In this document: positions 48,657 to 59,178 of the stretch, in pieces
Layout: each line of letters opens with the position of its first letter
Numbering within the stretch: position 1 is the first letter of the stretch
DNA from: Candidatus Latescibacterota bacterium
GTDB lineage: Bacteria > Latescibacterota > UBA2968
Direction: 5' to 3'
Length of the DNA stretch: 64,000 nucleotides
Assembly: GCA_965204375.1 (NCBI GenBank)
Contig: OZ241986.1
Span: 4,288,001-4,352,000 of the forward strand
Translations under genes and position numbers: made by a program
Notes under the pieces: model-generated
Seen by the model: the letters and a program-made list of their open reading frames with translations, nothing else
Databases searched by the model: none
Told to the model about the DNA's origin: nothing

Positions 48657-50057
48657 TTGCCTACAGACCGTCCCAACATCCTCTTTATCATGTCCGACGA
48701 CCACGCATCGCATGCCATGAGTTGCTACAACAGCCGCATCAACCAGACCCCCAACCTCGACCGCATTGCAAATGAGGGCATGCGCTTTGACAACTGCTTT
48801 TGCACCAACTCAATCTGCGCCCCCAGCCGAGCGGTAATCCTCACCGGCACATACAACCACATCAACGGCGTAACCACGCTGGCGACCCATCTCGACGGCC
48901 GGCAACTCACATTTCCCAAATTATTCCAACAGGCGGGATACCAGACCGCCATGATCGGCAAATGGCATCTCGGACACGGCGGCATCCACGACCCCACCGG
49001 CTTTGACTACTGGAATGTCCTGCCCGGGCAGGGCTTATATCACAACCCCGAAATGATAGAAATGGGCGAAGAAAAAGTCTATCAAGGCTATGTCACCGAC
49101 ATCATCACAGACTTATGCCTCGACTGGCTCAAAGCGCGGGACACAAATCACCCCTTCATGCTCATGTACCACCACAAAGCGCCCCACCGCGCCTGGGAAC
49201 CCGACGAAAAACACGCCCACATGTATGAAAACGAAGACATACCCGAACCCGAAACCTTCTGGGACGACTACAGCAACCGCGCCAGTGCTGCCGAAGCCGC
49301 CAAAATGCGCGTTGACCGCGACATGAACAAAAATGACCTCAAAGGATTACCCCCTGAAGGTCTCTCACCTGAAGAAGATAAAAAATGGAAATACCAGCGC
49401 TACATAAAAGACTACCTGCGCTGTGTGGCCTCCATCGACGACAATATCGGGCGCATGCTCGACTATCTCGACGAAGAAGGCCTCACCGACAACACCATAG
49501 TCATTTACACATCTGATCAGGGCTTTTTTCTGGGCGACCACGGCTGGTATGACAAGCGCTTCATGTACGAAGAATCCCTGCGCATGCCCTTCATCATTCG
49601 CTATCCCAAAGAAATCAAACCCGGCAGTATCAATACCGACATGATCCTCAACACCGACTTTGCCCCCACCTTTCTCGACTACGCGGGCATAGACATTCCC
49701 GAAACCTTTCAGGGATCGAGCATTCGTCCCTTGCTCAACGGCGAAACACCAGAAGGATGGCAAACATCGATGTATTATCGCTACTGGATGCACCTTGCAC
49801 ACCACCATGTTTACGCCCATTACGGCGTGCGAACCCACCAGTACAAACTCATCTATTACTACGCCGACGGCCTCAATCAAAAAGGATCAATCGAAGACAC
49901 CAAAGAACCCGAATGGGAACTCTTCGACCTCGAAAAAGACCCTTATGAACTCAACAGCGTGTACGATGATCCCGAATACGTCGATATCGTGCGCGAACTC
50001 AAAGACGAACTCTACCGCCTTCAGGAAAAAGTAAAAGACGAACGGTATGAGAAGTGA
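48657..50057 (+). CDS. Sulfatase (formylglycine-dependent)
   Basis: [40 protein letters not shown]. Confidence 0.94.
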   Translation: MPTDRPNILFIMSDDHASHAMSCYNSRINQTPNLDRIANEGMRFDNCFCTNSICAPSRAVILTGTYNHINGVTTLATHLDGRQLTFPKLFQQAGYQTAMIGKWHLGHGGIHDPTGFDYWNVLPGQGLYHNPEMIEMGEEKVYQGYVTDIITDLCLDWLKARDTNHPFMLMYHHKAPHRAWEPDEKHAHMYENEDIPEPETFWDDYSNRASAAEAAKMRVDRDMNKNDLKGLPPEGLSPEEDKKWKYQRYIKDYLRCVASIDDNIGRMLDYLDEEGLTDNTIVIYTSDQGFFLGDHGWYDKRFMYEESLRMPFIIRYPKEIKPGSINTDMILNTDFAPTFLDYAGIDIPETFQGSSIRPLLNGETPEGWQTSMYYRYWMHLAHHHVYAHYGVRTHQYKLIYYYADGLNQKGSIEDTKEPEWELFDLEKDPYELNSVYDDPEYVDIVRELKDELYRLQEKVKDERYEK

Positions 50058-50177
50058 GAAGTGAGAAGGAAGAAGTGAGAAACCCCGCCCCACCGCCCAA
50101 AGGCTGGTGCCTCATCCCACTTCCCACTTCCCACTTCACACTTCCTACTTCACACTTCCTACTTCACACTTCTACTT
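50050..50177. repeat. Heptamer-armed element, copy 4, between convergent stops
   Basis: (GAGAAGT)n arm containing the sulfatase TGA, core AAACCCCGCCCCACCGCCCAAAGGCTGGTGCCTCATCCC, CACTT arm containing the protease TAG. Confidence 0.9.
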
Positions 50178-51575
50178 CGGCACCTTGAGCACAGCGTAAA
50201 AATTGGCATAGTGCCGGCGGGTCTCTCTGCGAATGATTATGCCGACTTCGTCACCGGGTTTCAACTCCGCCAATACATCTTCGTAATCTTCCATCGAACG
50301 CATGGGCCTGCGATTCATCTCGCGAATCACATCTCCCCGTCGCAAACCCGCCGCATCAGCCGCGCTTTCTCCTCTCACATCGGTAATGAGCATGCCCCAT
50401 TGTGCATCATAACCAAACTGACGGGCAATAGCGGGCGTCATCTCCTGAACATTCAGCCCCAGGGCGCGTTGTCGCTCCACCTCTTGCAGACCGCGAAAGG
50501 GATCAAACGCATCCACCGTTACGCGCAGCTTTTTATTCACCCCATTTCGGATCACCTCAATGATCACCTGTGCGCCCGGAGGGGTTCGCGCAATACGCGT
50601 GAGAAACTCATCTGCATTGGAAATCTCCCGGTCATTTAACCCCACAATCACATCGCCGGGTTGCAAACTCGTCTGCTCGGCAAATTCCCCCACCTCCTGA
50701 ATCAACGCACCCCGATTCACAGATAATCCCAGTGCTTCGGAAAGCCCCGGCGTCAGGTTTTGAACCACCACATCCAGATACCCGCGTTTTACCTCTCCAT
50801 CTTCGATAATCTGCTGCATAATATTGCGCGCCATATTAATTGGCACAGCCAGCCCAATGCCCTGACTGCCCCCACTGCGCGACAAAATCGCCGTATTCAG
50901 ACCCACCAGATCCCCGCGCAAATTCACCATTGCCCCACCGCTATTGCCCGGGTTAATCGCCGCATCTGTTTGAATAAAATCTTCGTAATCCACAATATCT
51001 AAATTGCCCCGCCCCGTCGCGCTCACAATACCGTACGTCACCGTATGCCGCAAACCGTACGGATTGCCAATCGCCAGCACCCAGGCACCGACCTTCAACT
51101 TATCCGAATCGCCCATCTTTAGCGCGGGCAAATCGCGCCCATCAATTTTCAACACCGCGACATCGCTCTGCGGATCTGTTCCCACCAGCGTTGCGTCAAA
51201 TGTCCTGCCATCGCCGAGTTCTACTTCAATAGCATCGGCCTCTGCAATAACGTGATTATTGGTCAAAATATAGCCATCTCCAGAAACAATAACCCCCGAC
51301 CCCAAACCCTGCTGCCGCCATTCTCTGCGATACGTCATTCGGCCACCAAAAAAACGATCAAAAAACGGATCGCCCGTCGAACTTCTCACCCCCACGACCA
51401 TATCCTTTTTATTTACAATAGTCACCACACCCGGATTGACCGCAGAAGCCACCGCTGCAAAAGCCGCGCTGAACTTTTCCATTTGCGCGATCGTCGCCTG
51501 AGATTCGGGATCAATCTTTGCTTCAACCTGCAAAACCATAAATCCCGCAATCAGTATCCACATCCACCTTTGCAT
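50172..51575 (-). CDS. degP: DegP/DegQ (HtrA) serine protease with two PDZ domains
   Basis: GLGSGVI, TNNHVI, DVAV, IQTDAAINPGNSGG; signal peptide. Confidence 0.93.
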   Translation of the reverse strand: MQRWMWILIAGFMVLQVEAKIDPESQATIAQMEKFSAAFAAVASAVNPGVVTIVNKKDMVVGVRSSTGDPFFDRFFGGRMTYRREWRQQGLGSGVIVSGDGYILTNNHVIAEADAIEVELGDGRTFDATLVGTDPQSDVAVLKIDGRDLPALKMGDSDKLKVGAWVLAIGNPYGLRHTVTYGIVSATGRGNLDIVDYEDFIQTDAAINPGNSGGAMVNLRGDLVGLNTAILSRSGGSQGIGLAVPINMARNIMQQIIEDGEVKRGYLDVVVQNLTPGLSEALGLSVNRGALIQEVGEFAEQTSLQPGDVIVGLNDREISNADEFLTRIARTPPGAQVIIEVIRNGVNKKLRVTVDAFDPFRGLQEVERQRALGLNVQEMTPAIARQFGYDAQWGMLITDVRGESAADAAGLRRGDVIREMNRRPMRSMEDYEDVLAELKPGDEVGIIIRRETRRHYANFYAVLKVPK

Positions 51576-51663
51576 ACGCCATTTCTCCGTTGTAGTGCTT
51601 GAACTTTCATTATATCTCGCAAAGCGCTAAAAGTTCCTGAAATTGTCCAATCCCGTCAATGAC

Positions 51664-51705
51664 AAAAAAAAAGCCGAGATTCTCTGTGGATCTCGGCTTT
51701 TTTTA
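51664..51705. terminator. Intrinsic terminator (bidirectional type)
   Basis: A-run, GCCGAGAT/ATCTCGGC stem, T-run. Confidence 0.8.
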
Positions 51706-51758
51706 TATCGGACAACTTATTTACACACCCTCTTCGCATTGATATAACAGTTCAAATT

Positions 51759-53381
51759 TTAAAAAACAAAGGCATTTTGTTGGTGCTCACCCTCCCGCCA
51801 ATAGCGCGGTGCCCGCTTGAATGTGGCTTCAGGAGCAAAACGCGGATATTGCGCCTTCGAGCCTGCAAGCAACTCCTCAATGGTTAGAATCTGCATGCGA
51901 GAGAACTGATCGCGAAAATAATCAGGTGTGTACAAGCCCGCGGATACGGCCTCCTGATACATCGGGCGTGTGGGTAACCTCAGCGTGATGAACAGACCAA
52001 TCTCCGCTTTCTCTCGTTCCATTACGCCCTTCAAGTCGCGCATTTGCGACACACTGACCTTACCGCTCTTGACCTGCACGACAATGCGCTTAGACTTGCC
52101 GCTGTCATCGTCAAAAAAGTTGATATAACCATCCACGCCCGCGTCTGCGCCTTTTCTTTTATTTTGCGCTGGCCGTGCATCTACCAGGCCCAATGCCCAC
52201 CACTCGAACTGGTAACGATCATGTAGTGCCAATGCCTCCGCACTCTCCAGGTCCTGAGGCACACCAACCACCTCGTATTCCGAAAGCTGTTCACCAAAGG
52301 TGTCGTGAAGGCGACTCTTCATCAACGAGATAGCGAGATGTGTAAGATCAATGCCAATCCAGCGGCGATTCAATCGTTCCGCAACGGCAACCGCTGTCCC
52401 ACAACCGCAGAAAGGATCCAGCACGACATCGCCCTCATTGCTACTTGCCGATATGATGCGCTCAAGCAATGCTTCGGGTTTCTGCGTTGGATAGCCGAGG
52501 CGTTCCTTTGCTTGCGAGTTTATAGGATCAATGTCATCCCAAAGGGCTTGAACGGGCCTGCCTTCCATCTCATCCAAATACCTCTTGCGCCTTATGCCGC
52601 CCCTACTGGTAAAGTGCAATCTCCCTTCGGCGTCTAATCTTCGCATTGTCTCCGGGGGAACACGCCACAGAGATCTTGCCCCCTTATATTCATATTCATA
52701 ACCACCGCCGGACAAGCCTTTTGCAGTTAGGTTATCATCTGTCCAAACCCGTCCATCAGGGTCTTTAAATCGAAATCGCGCTTTGTATGCTTCATCATAA
52801 GGTTGATATTGGGAATTCCATGTCCATTGGTCGCTCTTGGAATAAAAAAGTATGATGTCTGTGTTTCTTCCATAGCGTGTGGAATCACTGTGAGCGGTAG
52901 TGCGCCGCCAAGTAATTTCGTTCCGAAAGTTGTATGCTCCGAAAACAGCGTCCATTAACAGTTTGAGATAGTGGCTTGCCGTAGGATCGCAATGGAGATA
53001 AATACTGCCTGTCGGCTTCAAGACCCGGTGGAGTTCAACCATGCGCTGCGCCATCATGGTCAGATACGCCATCATATCGTTCTGCCCCAAGAACTCGCGC
53101 ATCGCCTGAAGCATCCTGCTTAACCTATCCGGGCCGCTCTCCACCACATCCCGATAGGCGTATTCGGATTCAATACTCCAGTGCCAAGTATCGTCAAAAG
53201 CCGTGATCTGAGCCGCGGAATCCTCGCCGCTCTTCTCCCGGAACAGCACATTGTAGGTGGCATTAGAATTAAACGGCGGATCCAGATAGATCAGGTCAAC
53301 GCTCTCATCTGCCAAATGCTCCCTCATAATATCGAGGTTATCCCCGAAATATAGCCTGTTCTTCCAATCATAGTTTGTCAT
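51759..53381 (-). CDS. N6/N4 DNA methyltransferase (beta class) fused to a C-terminal Mrr-like endonuclease domain
   Basis: YLDPPFN, YPTQKPEALL, DPFCGCGT; C-terminal D.GVDG...VQVKSG. Confidence 0.88.
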   Translation of the reverse strand: MTNYDWKNRLYFGDNLDIMREHLADESVDLIYLDPPFNSNATYNVLFREKSGEDSAAQITAFDDTWHWSIESEYAYRDVVESGPDRLSRMLQAMREFLGQNDMMAYLTMMAQRMVELHRVLKPTGSIYLHCDPTASHYLKLLMDAVFGAYNFRNEITWRRTTAHSDSTRYGRNTDIILFYSKSDQWTWNSQYQPYDEAYKARFRFKDPDGRVWTDDNLTAKGLSGGGYEYEYKGARSLWRVPPETMRRLDAEGRLHFTSRGGIRRKRYLDEMEGRPVQALWDDIDPINSQAKERLGYPTQKPEALLERIISASSNEGDVVLDPFCGCGTAVAVAERLNRRWIGIDLTHLAISLMKSRLHDTFGEQLSEYEVVGVPQDLESAEALALHDRYQFEWWALGLVDARPAQNKRKGADAGVDGYINFFDDDSGKSKRIVVQVKSGKVSVSQMRDLKGVMEREKAEIGLFITLRLPTRPMYQEAVSAGLYTPDYFRDQFSRMQILTIEELLAGSKAQYPRFAPEATFKRAPRYWREGEHQQNAFVF

Positions 53382-53478
53382 ATATCTCTCGTTTGTTTTT
53401 AGGAAATTGTTAGAACAAAAAAGCTGCGCTATAAACGCAGCTATTATGATATTTCAAAAGACATTTACAGGCAACTAC

Positions 53479-53808
53479 TTAAGCAGCTGACTTATCCGAC
53501 GGACGCACCTTTTTCAGTGCAGACATCCAGGTCAACTCATAGACCACCAGCGCACCGCGCCACACCTCGACATTTTCAAGCCCGCTGTACACCAATCGCG
53601 CAGCCTGTTCAATCGTCGCTTCTGCGGCCTTGACCTCGGGCTGATCGGCCACAGTCTTCATGGGAATGGGACCATAAGCGGCGCGAACGCGATTAATCAC
53701 CTCGCAGACTTCCCTGCGAAACTGAGGAACGAAACGGGACCGAGAGGTAGCCCGTCGTACCCCGTTTGATCGTGAACCGATAGCCGACATAGAAAAAATG
53801 CGTCTCAT
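53479..53808 (-). CDS. Hypothetical protein
   Basis: AGGAG RBS; terminator-like hairpin downstream. Confidence 0.65.
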   Translation of the reverse strand: MRRIFSMSAIGSRSNGVRRATSRSRFVPQFRREVCEVINRVRAAYGPIPMKTVADQPEVKAAEATIEQAARLVYSGLENVEVWRGALVVYELTWMSALKKVRPSDKSAA

Positions 53809-53825
53809 GGGAACATCTCCTGTTT

Positions 53826-53857
53826 AAGTTAGGTGAATATACCGACATAAACCGTCA
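53826..53857 (-). promoter_or_regulatory. Possible fourth WYL-type promoter box
   Basis: Minus strand TGACG-GTTTA-TGTCGG-N10-TAACTT; same spacing as the island boxes. Confidence 0.4.
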
Positions 53858-54073
53858 TATATAATCACAAAAACTTTCCTAAACTCAATTTTTACATAAT
53901 ATTATATACTATTTTCCAATCGCCATAAATATAGTGAACATTTGTATATGCGTCAAGGGTAAATGTCATTTTTATCCTAAAAAAAACTTTCCCTCAATGC
54001 GCTGCGATATTATCTTTTTTGCCAAAACAAGCTATCGAGTAAGAAGTAAGACATAAACAGAATAGGAACCATC

Positions 54074-54694
54074 GTGATCTTTATATCCACCATCGTCGGT
54101 CCGCTCGAAGTCAATTGTTACATCCTCGCCTGCGAAAAAACGCGCGAAGGCGTTGTAATAGACCCCGGCGACGATACCGACACCATACTTCAACTCATCG
54201 AAGACCACGACATCAAGATCGTCGAAATAATTGCCACACACGGACATTTTGACCACATTGGACGCGTCGCATCGCTCAAAGAAAAAACAGGTGCGCCATT
54301 CGCCATCCACAAAGCCGACGTATTCATGGTCGAGGCGCTTACAGACATTGCCGCACCTCTGGGCCTTCAAACCGATCCACCGCCCAAAATCGACCGCTTT
54401 ATCGATGAAGGCGACACCATAGTCTTTGGCCGCAAAACCCTGAACATTCTCCATGTACCGGGTCACGCACCCGGCAACATCGCGCTCACATGGCCGGGCC
54501 ACGCCATTATTGGCGACACTGTATTCGCCGGCTCTATTGGCCGAACCGACCTCAAAGGCGCAGACCTGCAAACGCTAATGGACTCCATCCACACCAAAAT
54601 CCTCACCCTCCCCGACGACACAGTACTTCACCCCGGACATGGGCCAGACACAACCATAGATCGCGAAAAACGCATCAACCCATTTCTCTTATAG
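54074..54694 (+). CDS. MBL-fold metallo-hydrolase (glyoxalase II-like)
   Basis: IDPG, THGHFDHIG, PGHAPG, GDTVF.GSIGRTD, PGHG. Confidence 0.93.
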   Translation: MIFISTIVGPLEVNCYILACEKTREGVVIDPGDDTDTILQLIEDHDIKIVEIIATHGHFDHIGRVASLKEKTGAPFAIHKADVFMVEALTDIAAPLGLQTDPPPKIDRFIDEGDTIVFGRKTLNILHVPGHAPGNIALTWPGHAIIGDTVFAGSIGRTDLKGADLQTLMDSIHTKILTLPDDTVLHPGHGPDTTIDREKRINPFLL

Positions 54695-54707
54695 GACCAA
54701 TTCCCAC

Positions 54708-56210
54708 ATGAACATCTCCATCACCATCGGCAACATCCTCGAAAGCACAACAGACGCCATCGTACTCAACCTCTTTGAAGGCGTCACAGAACCAGGCGGC
54801 GCAACAGGTGCCGCCAATCGCGCGCTGGACGGACTTATTGCCGACCTCATTGCAGGCGGCGACTTCAGCGGCAAACGCAACCAAACCGCCGTACTCTATC
54901 CCCGCCAAGGCATAGCCGCGCCGCGCCTCATTCTCGTTGGCCTGGGCAAACGAGAAGCCTTCACGCCCAATCAAGTGCGCCTCGCATCTGCATCTGCGAC
55001 CAGAGAAGCCATCAAACTCGGCGCAAAAACCCTCGCCTCCATTATCCACGGCGGCGGCATAGGCGGTCTCGATGTTTCAGACGCCGCACAGGCCACCGTT
55101 GAAGGCGCAATACTCGGCAACTACAAATTCACCAATTACAAAACAAATAATGACGATCCCAAACGTCTCGACACATTTACCCTCGTCGAATTTGACACAT
55201 CCAAACAAACCGATGTGGAAAAAGGCGCGAACACCGGACAAATCATCGCCGAAAGCGTGTGTTTCGCCCGAGACCTGAGCAACACCCCCGGCAACGACTT
55301 GCCACCGGCGACCCTGGCCGAACGCGCTTCAGAAATGGCCCGTGAAACGGGACTCTCCTGTGAAATATTTGACGAACAGCGCATCTCAAATGAAGGCATG
55401 GGCGCCCTCAGCGCCGTGGGACAGGGGAGTGCCCGACCGCCTCGTTTTGTCATCATGGAACACCCGGGTGCCGATCCCAATGCCGCGCCAATCATCTTCA
55501 TAGGCAAAGGCATAACCTTTGACACGGGCGGCATATCCCTCAAAAGTGGCGACGGCATGTGGGACATGAAATTCGACATGAGTGGATCCGCAGCCGTCAT
55601 TGGCGCAATGCGAGCCGTGGCAAAACTCGACCTGCCCCACCGCGTCATCGGCCTGGTTGCCGCCGCAGAAAACATGCCCGATGGCCGCGCGTATCGGCCC
55701 GGCGACATCTTGCATCCCCTCGGCACCAAAACCGTTGAAATCCACAGCACAGATGCCGAAGGCCGCCTCGCCCTCATCGACGCCATCGCATACAGCGCGC
55801 GCTACGAACCAAAAGCAGTCATCGACCTGGCCACGCTAACCGGTGCATGCGTCACTGCACTCGGGCACGAAGTTAGTGGCTTGATGGGCAACGACAATGA
55901 CCTCATCGCTCAAATCCACGAAGCGGGCAATCGCACCAGTGAAATTGCCTGGCATCTTCCCATTCTGGATGACCACAGAAACCGCATCAAAAGCAATGTG
56001 GCCGACCTCAAAAACTCAGGTGGTCGGCCCGCGGGCGCACTCACCGCCGCCGCGTTCCTCGAAGCCTATGTCCAGAACTTTCCCTGGGCACACCTCGACA
56101 TCGCCGGCACGGCATCGACAAGTTCCGCCAAACCCGACACCCCCATCGGAGCCACGGGCGTTGGCGTGCGCTTATTGATCGATTTCCTGCTTCATCAATC
56201 GGCTACATAA
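54708..56210 (+). CDS. pepA: Leucyl aminopeptidase (M17)
   Basis: GKGITFDTGG, MKFDMSG, STDAEGRL, DLATLTG, WAHLDIAG. Confidence 0.96.
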   Translation: MNISITIGNILESTTDAIVLNLFEGVTEPGGATGAANRALDGLIADLIAGGDFSGKRNQTAVLYPRQGIAAPRLILVGLGKREAFTPNQVRLASASATREAIKLGAKTLASIIHGGGIGGLDVSDAAQATVEGAILGNYKFTNYKTNNDDPKRLDTFTLVEFDTSKQTDVEKGANTGQIIAESVCFARDLSNTPGNDLPPATLAERASEMARETGLSCEIFDEQRISNEGMGALSAVGQGSARPPRFVIMEHPGADPNAAPIIFIGKGITFDTGGISLKSGDGMWDMKFDMSGSAAVIGAMRAVAKLDLPHRVIGLVAAAENMPDGRAYRPGDILHPLGTKTVEIHSTDAEGRLALIDAIAYSARYEPKAVIDLATLTGACVTALGHEVSGLMGNDNDLIAQIHEAGNRTSEIAWHLPILDDHRNRIKSNVADLKNSGGRPAGALTAAAFLEAYVQNFPWAHLDIAGTASTSSAKPDTPIGATGVGVRLLIDFLLHQSAT

Positions 56211-56261
56211 AAAAAACCGGGACATAAATCCCGGCCTGGATATAAACTTCTGATTCGTCCG

Positions 56262-56816
56262 CTATCTCTCACCCAAAGAGAACATCAGCCCTGCCTGAAT
56301 GCCAAAATTATTTGTTGACCCGGACGCAAAAGCGCGAAACCAGCGACCCTGTACAAATGCGCCTATGCCCTCGGAAACATCAAACCGCATACCACCTGCT
56401 ACGGCAATCAACGCCTCGGTTGACGTTTCCCTTACAAAGTCTTCGGTCTCTGTATCTACGAGATAAAGCACCGTTCCGTCAAACAGTACATCGACAATCA
56501 CAGGAAAACCCCGTGCGTGTAACACCCCGCCAGCAACCCCAAAAAACACCGTACCATAGCGGTCGGACAAAGGGGCTTTATAAACCAGACTGACACCCGC
56601 TGGAATTTCTGAAATACCGTCCTTCCGATAAAACTCAACAAAAGGCGCCAAATACGTCGGATACAAATCACCAATGGGAACCTCTATGGACAGGTGCCCG
56701 CCCCCGCGCGTGGGATCGAGAAGAGCACCCCCGCCTATCTTGACATCCACCTGTGCATCTGCCCGACCCAAAAACGCGACCATTGTAAAAAAAAACACCG
56801 CAACCATTGACTTCAT
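56262..56816 (-). CDS. Outer-membrane beta-barrel-like protein
   Basis: Signal peptide (ADA), alternating hydrophobic strands, terminal GIQAGLMFSL. Confidence 0.65.
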   Translation of the reverse strand: MKSMVAVFFFTMVAFLGRADAQVDVKIGGGALLDPTRGGGHLSIEVPIGDLYPTYLAPFVEFYRKDGISEIPAGVSLVYKAPLSDRYGTVFFGVAGGVLHARGFPVIVDVLFDGTVLYLVDTETEDFVRETSTEALIAVAGGMRFDVSEGIGAFVQGRWFRAFASGSTNNFGIQAGLMFSLGER

Positions 56817-56847
56817 ACACACCCCCTCAGAATAGTAAGGAACACAC

Positions 56848-57477
56848 ATGCCAACCGACCTCATTCTAATCTGCCATGGACAGGCCAGAGAACGCGACGA
56901 CGAAAACCACTACGGCTGGTGGGCCGACCTGCCCCTCTCGCATCGGGGCAAACAACAAGCCCTGCTCGTTGGCGAACGCCTCAGAACCGACTTTGACATT
57001 CGCGGCCTCTACACCAGCCCTCAAAAATGCGCCCATCAAACAGCCGAATGGATAGGCGATATACTCCGTATCGCACCCGAAGTAGAAAACGACCTGCGCG
57101 AACTCGAAAGCGGCGACCTCGCCACACTCACCCGCGAAGAAGTACGAAAATATTATCCCGGCTTTTTGGGAGGACAATCCCTCGAAGAGGCGCGCGTTCC
57201 AGGCAGCGAAACCTATGCCGACCTGCACACCCGCGTTGCCAACATCGTAAGCCAACTCATCAACAAAGCACCCGACCAACAAATAGCGTGCATCACACAC
57301 GTCCGCCCCATTGTCGCCTGCCTGCAAGCGATCATGGGATACACGCCCGAAGACGAGCACAAACCCCAATTCGCGTGCCACTCAGCCTCCATTCATCATC
57401 TACAACTCGACCCCGGAGGCGAACCCACCTTCATGGCACTCAACGATATTTCTCATCTCGCAGACCTCCCCAAATAA
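56848..57477 (+). CDS. Histidine phosphatase (PGM) family protein with degenerate motifs
   Basis: LILICHG, D.PLS..G..QA, YTSP, DLRE, GSET, ITH, LND.SHL. Confidence 0.85.
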   Translation: MPTDLILICHGQARERDDENHYGWWADLPLSHRGKQQALLVGERLRTDFDIRGLYTSPQKCAHQTAEWIGDILRIAPEVENDLRELESGDLATLTREEVRKYYPGFLGGQSLEEARVPGSETYADLHTRVANIVSQLINKAPDQQIACITHVRPIVACLQAIMGYTPEDEHKPQFACHSASIHHLQLDPGGEPTFMALNDISHLADLPK

Positions 57478-57478
57478 T

Positions 57479-58330
57479 TCACATGTCATCCACCAGAGGA
57501 CCGCGCGTCTCCATCGCCATAGAAATCCGCTCGCTGCGCGTGCCATCGCCATTGCAGTGGTAGAACCGCACCGCACCGTGAAACTTATCCGCGTGATGAA
57601 CAAAATCGAGCTCTGCATCTGCGACTTGCCCTGGCACAAAGGGCTTGCGAAAATAAATCACAATCTCGTGAAACCGCAAGCACCCGACATCGCCTCCTAT
57701 CTTGTGATATTGAAGCGACAGAAGATCGAGCACCCGGTCCATGTATTTAACCGTATTGATATGCCCATATTGATCCGATTGATCCATGTGAAAAACAACC
57801 GGCTGCGTGTCATAGGTCAGCATATCACCACTGGCGCGATAGGATTCGATATCCCGGCTGAGCAAATCACCTTCGCCTAATTCGTGCTCCTTTAAAAATT
57901 TAAGTCCCACTGGCACATCGGAAGGCATGCGTTCATCAGGCGGTGCAAGCGGCCGCGTGAGCGCCAGCCAGAACTCCGACCGACCAACCAGATCATCCGC
58001 CTTAAAAAGTTCGCATGTCAGAACGAGATGCCCGCGTTTGAGACTGCCGTCATCATTGCGCGTTGTAACCAGACGGATCTGGGATTCCTGTCGCAGTGTT
58101 GTCTGCAGAGAACAGGAATGCCCAAAAGTTTCAAATTTCAAAATATGATTGATCGGCGCAACACCATCGCCGCTATTGACATTGGATCTCCAGTAGGGTC
58201 GCAGCATGTGAAGACCCGACCGCAACGTGAGACTCAAACTGGATGCGACCAACTCGGCATTCATATTGAGCATGCGCCAATCAACGTCATATTCAGTTGT
58301 ACCCGTCAGAACATCCATCTCACCCCTCAC
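57479..58330 (-). CDS. Acyl-ACP/acyl-CoA thioesterase-like double hot-dog protein
   Basis: [14 protein letters not shown] motif; I.FRKP. Confidence 0.65.
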   Translation of the reverse strand: MRGEMDVLTGTTEYDVDWRMLNMNAELVASSLSLTLRSGLHMLRPYWRSNVNSGDGVAPINHILKFETFGHSCSLQTTLRQESQIRLVTTRNDDGSLKRGHLVLTCELFKADDLVGRSEFWLALTRPLAPPDERMPSDVPVGLKFLKEHELGEGDLLSRDIESYRASGDMLTYDTQPVVFHMDQSDQYGHINTVKYMDRVLDLLSLQYHKIGGDVGCLRFHEIVIYFRKPFVPGQVADAELDFVHHADKFHGAVRFYHCNGDGTRSERISMAMETRGPLVDDM

Positions 58331-59160
58331 CCCGGATACGTAAGCCCCAGCATCTCTCGGGCATCATTTGGCGTGGCAATCTCGCCCTGAAGTTTCTCCA
58401 CAATACTCGCCGCGAGATCGACCATCTGTGCATTGCTCTTGAGCAAAACACCTCTCCGAAGATAAATATTATCTTCAAAACCCACCCGTATATGCCCCCC
58501 CATGAGAAAAGCCATAGTAATCATCGGCAACTGCCCTTTGCCCACACCCAGCGCGGACCAGATCACATCGGGCGGCAAAAGATTTTTCATAAAAACCAGA
58601 TTTTCGGGCGTAGCTTCAATACCCCATCCGGGACCCATACACAACTGGATAAACGGGGGATCTTCGAACAACCCCTCCTCAATCATATACCGCGCCTGGC
58701 GGATATGACCCGCATCAAAAACCTCGATCTCGGGCTTAACGCGATGCTCGCGCATGCGCTTTGCCGCGGCAATACCCCAATCGGGTGGATTCATAAACAC
58801 CCGAGTGCCAAAATTCAACGAACCGATATCCAGAGAGCAAATTTCGGGCTTCAGCGTAACCGGCTCAAGCCGCTCCTCAATAATATTTTCACCTTTAATA
58901 TTTCCCCCACTCGTCGTCAGATTAATGGCAATATCACAGGCTTGCCGAATCCGATCCACCACCTCCTTGAAAAGCTCGATCCGCGAACACACAATACCCG
59001 TCTCGGGATCGCGCACATGGATATGCGTAATCGCTGCACCCGCCTTATGGCACTCGATTGCCGCGTCTGCAATCTCCTTTGGCGTATAAGGCACAGCCGG
59101 ATTCATATCCTTCGTAGGACCCGAACCCACAACCGCCACTGAAATAATTGTCTTATCCAT
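58327..59160 (-). CDS. 3-keto-5-aminohexanoate cleavage family protein (BKACE/DUF849)
   Basis: [39 protein letters not shown]. Confidence 0.93.
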   Translation of the reverse strand: MDKTIISVAVVGSGPTKDMNPAVPYTPKEIADAAIECHKAGAAITHIHVRDPETGIVCSRIELFKEVVDRIRQACDIAINLTTSGGNIKGENIIEERLEPVTLKPEICSLDIGSLNFGTRVFMNPPDWGIAAAKRMREHRVKPEIEVFDAGHIRQARYMIEEGLFEDPPFIQLCMGPGWGIEATPENLVFMKNLLPPDVIWSALGVGKGQLPMITMAFLMGGHIRVGFEDNIYLRRGVLLKSNAQMVDLAASIVEKLQGEIATPNDAREMLGLTYPG

Positions 59161-59178
59161 TTTTGTTCCTCTTATCCT

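Noticed and set aside
50175-50184. attR copy of the tRNA-Leu 3' end (CTTCGGCACC)
   Set aside because: Only 10 bp, inside the protease coding end, and separated from the tRNA by housekeeping genes
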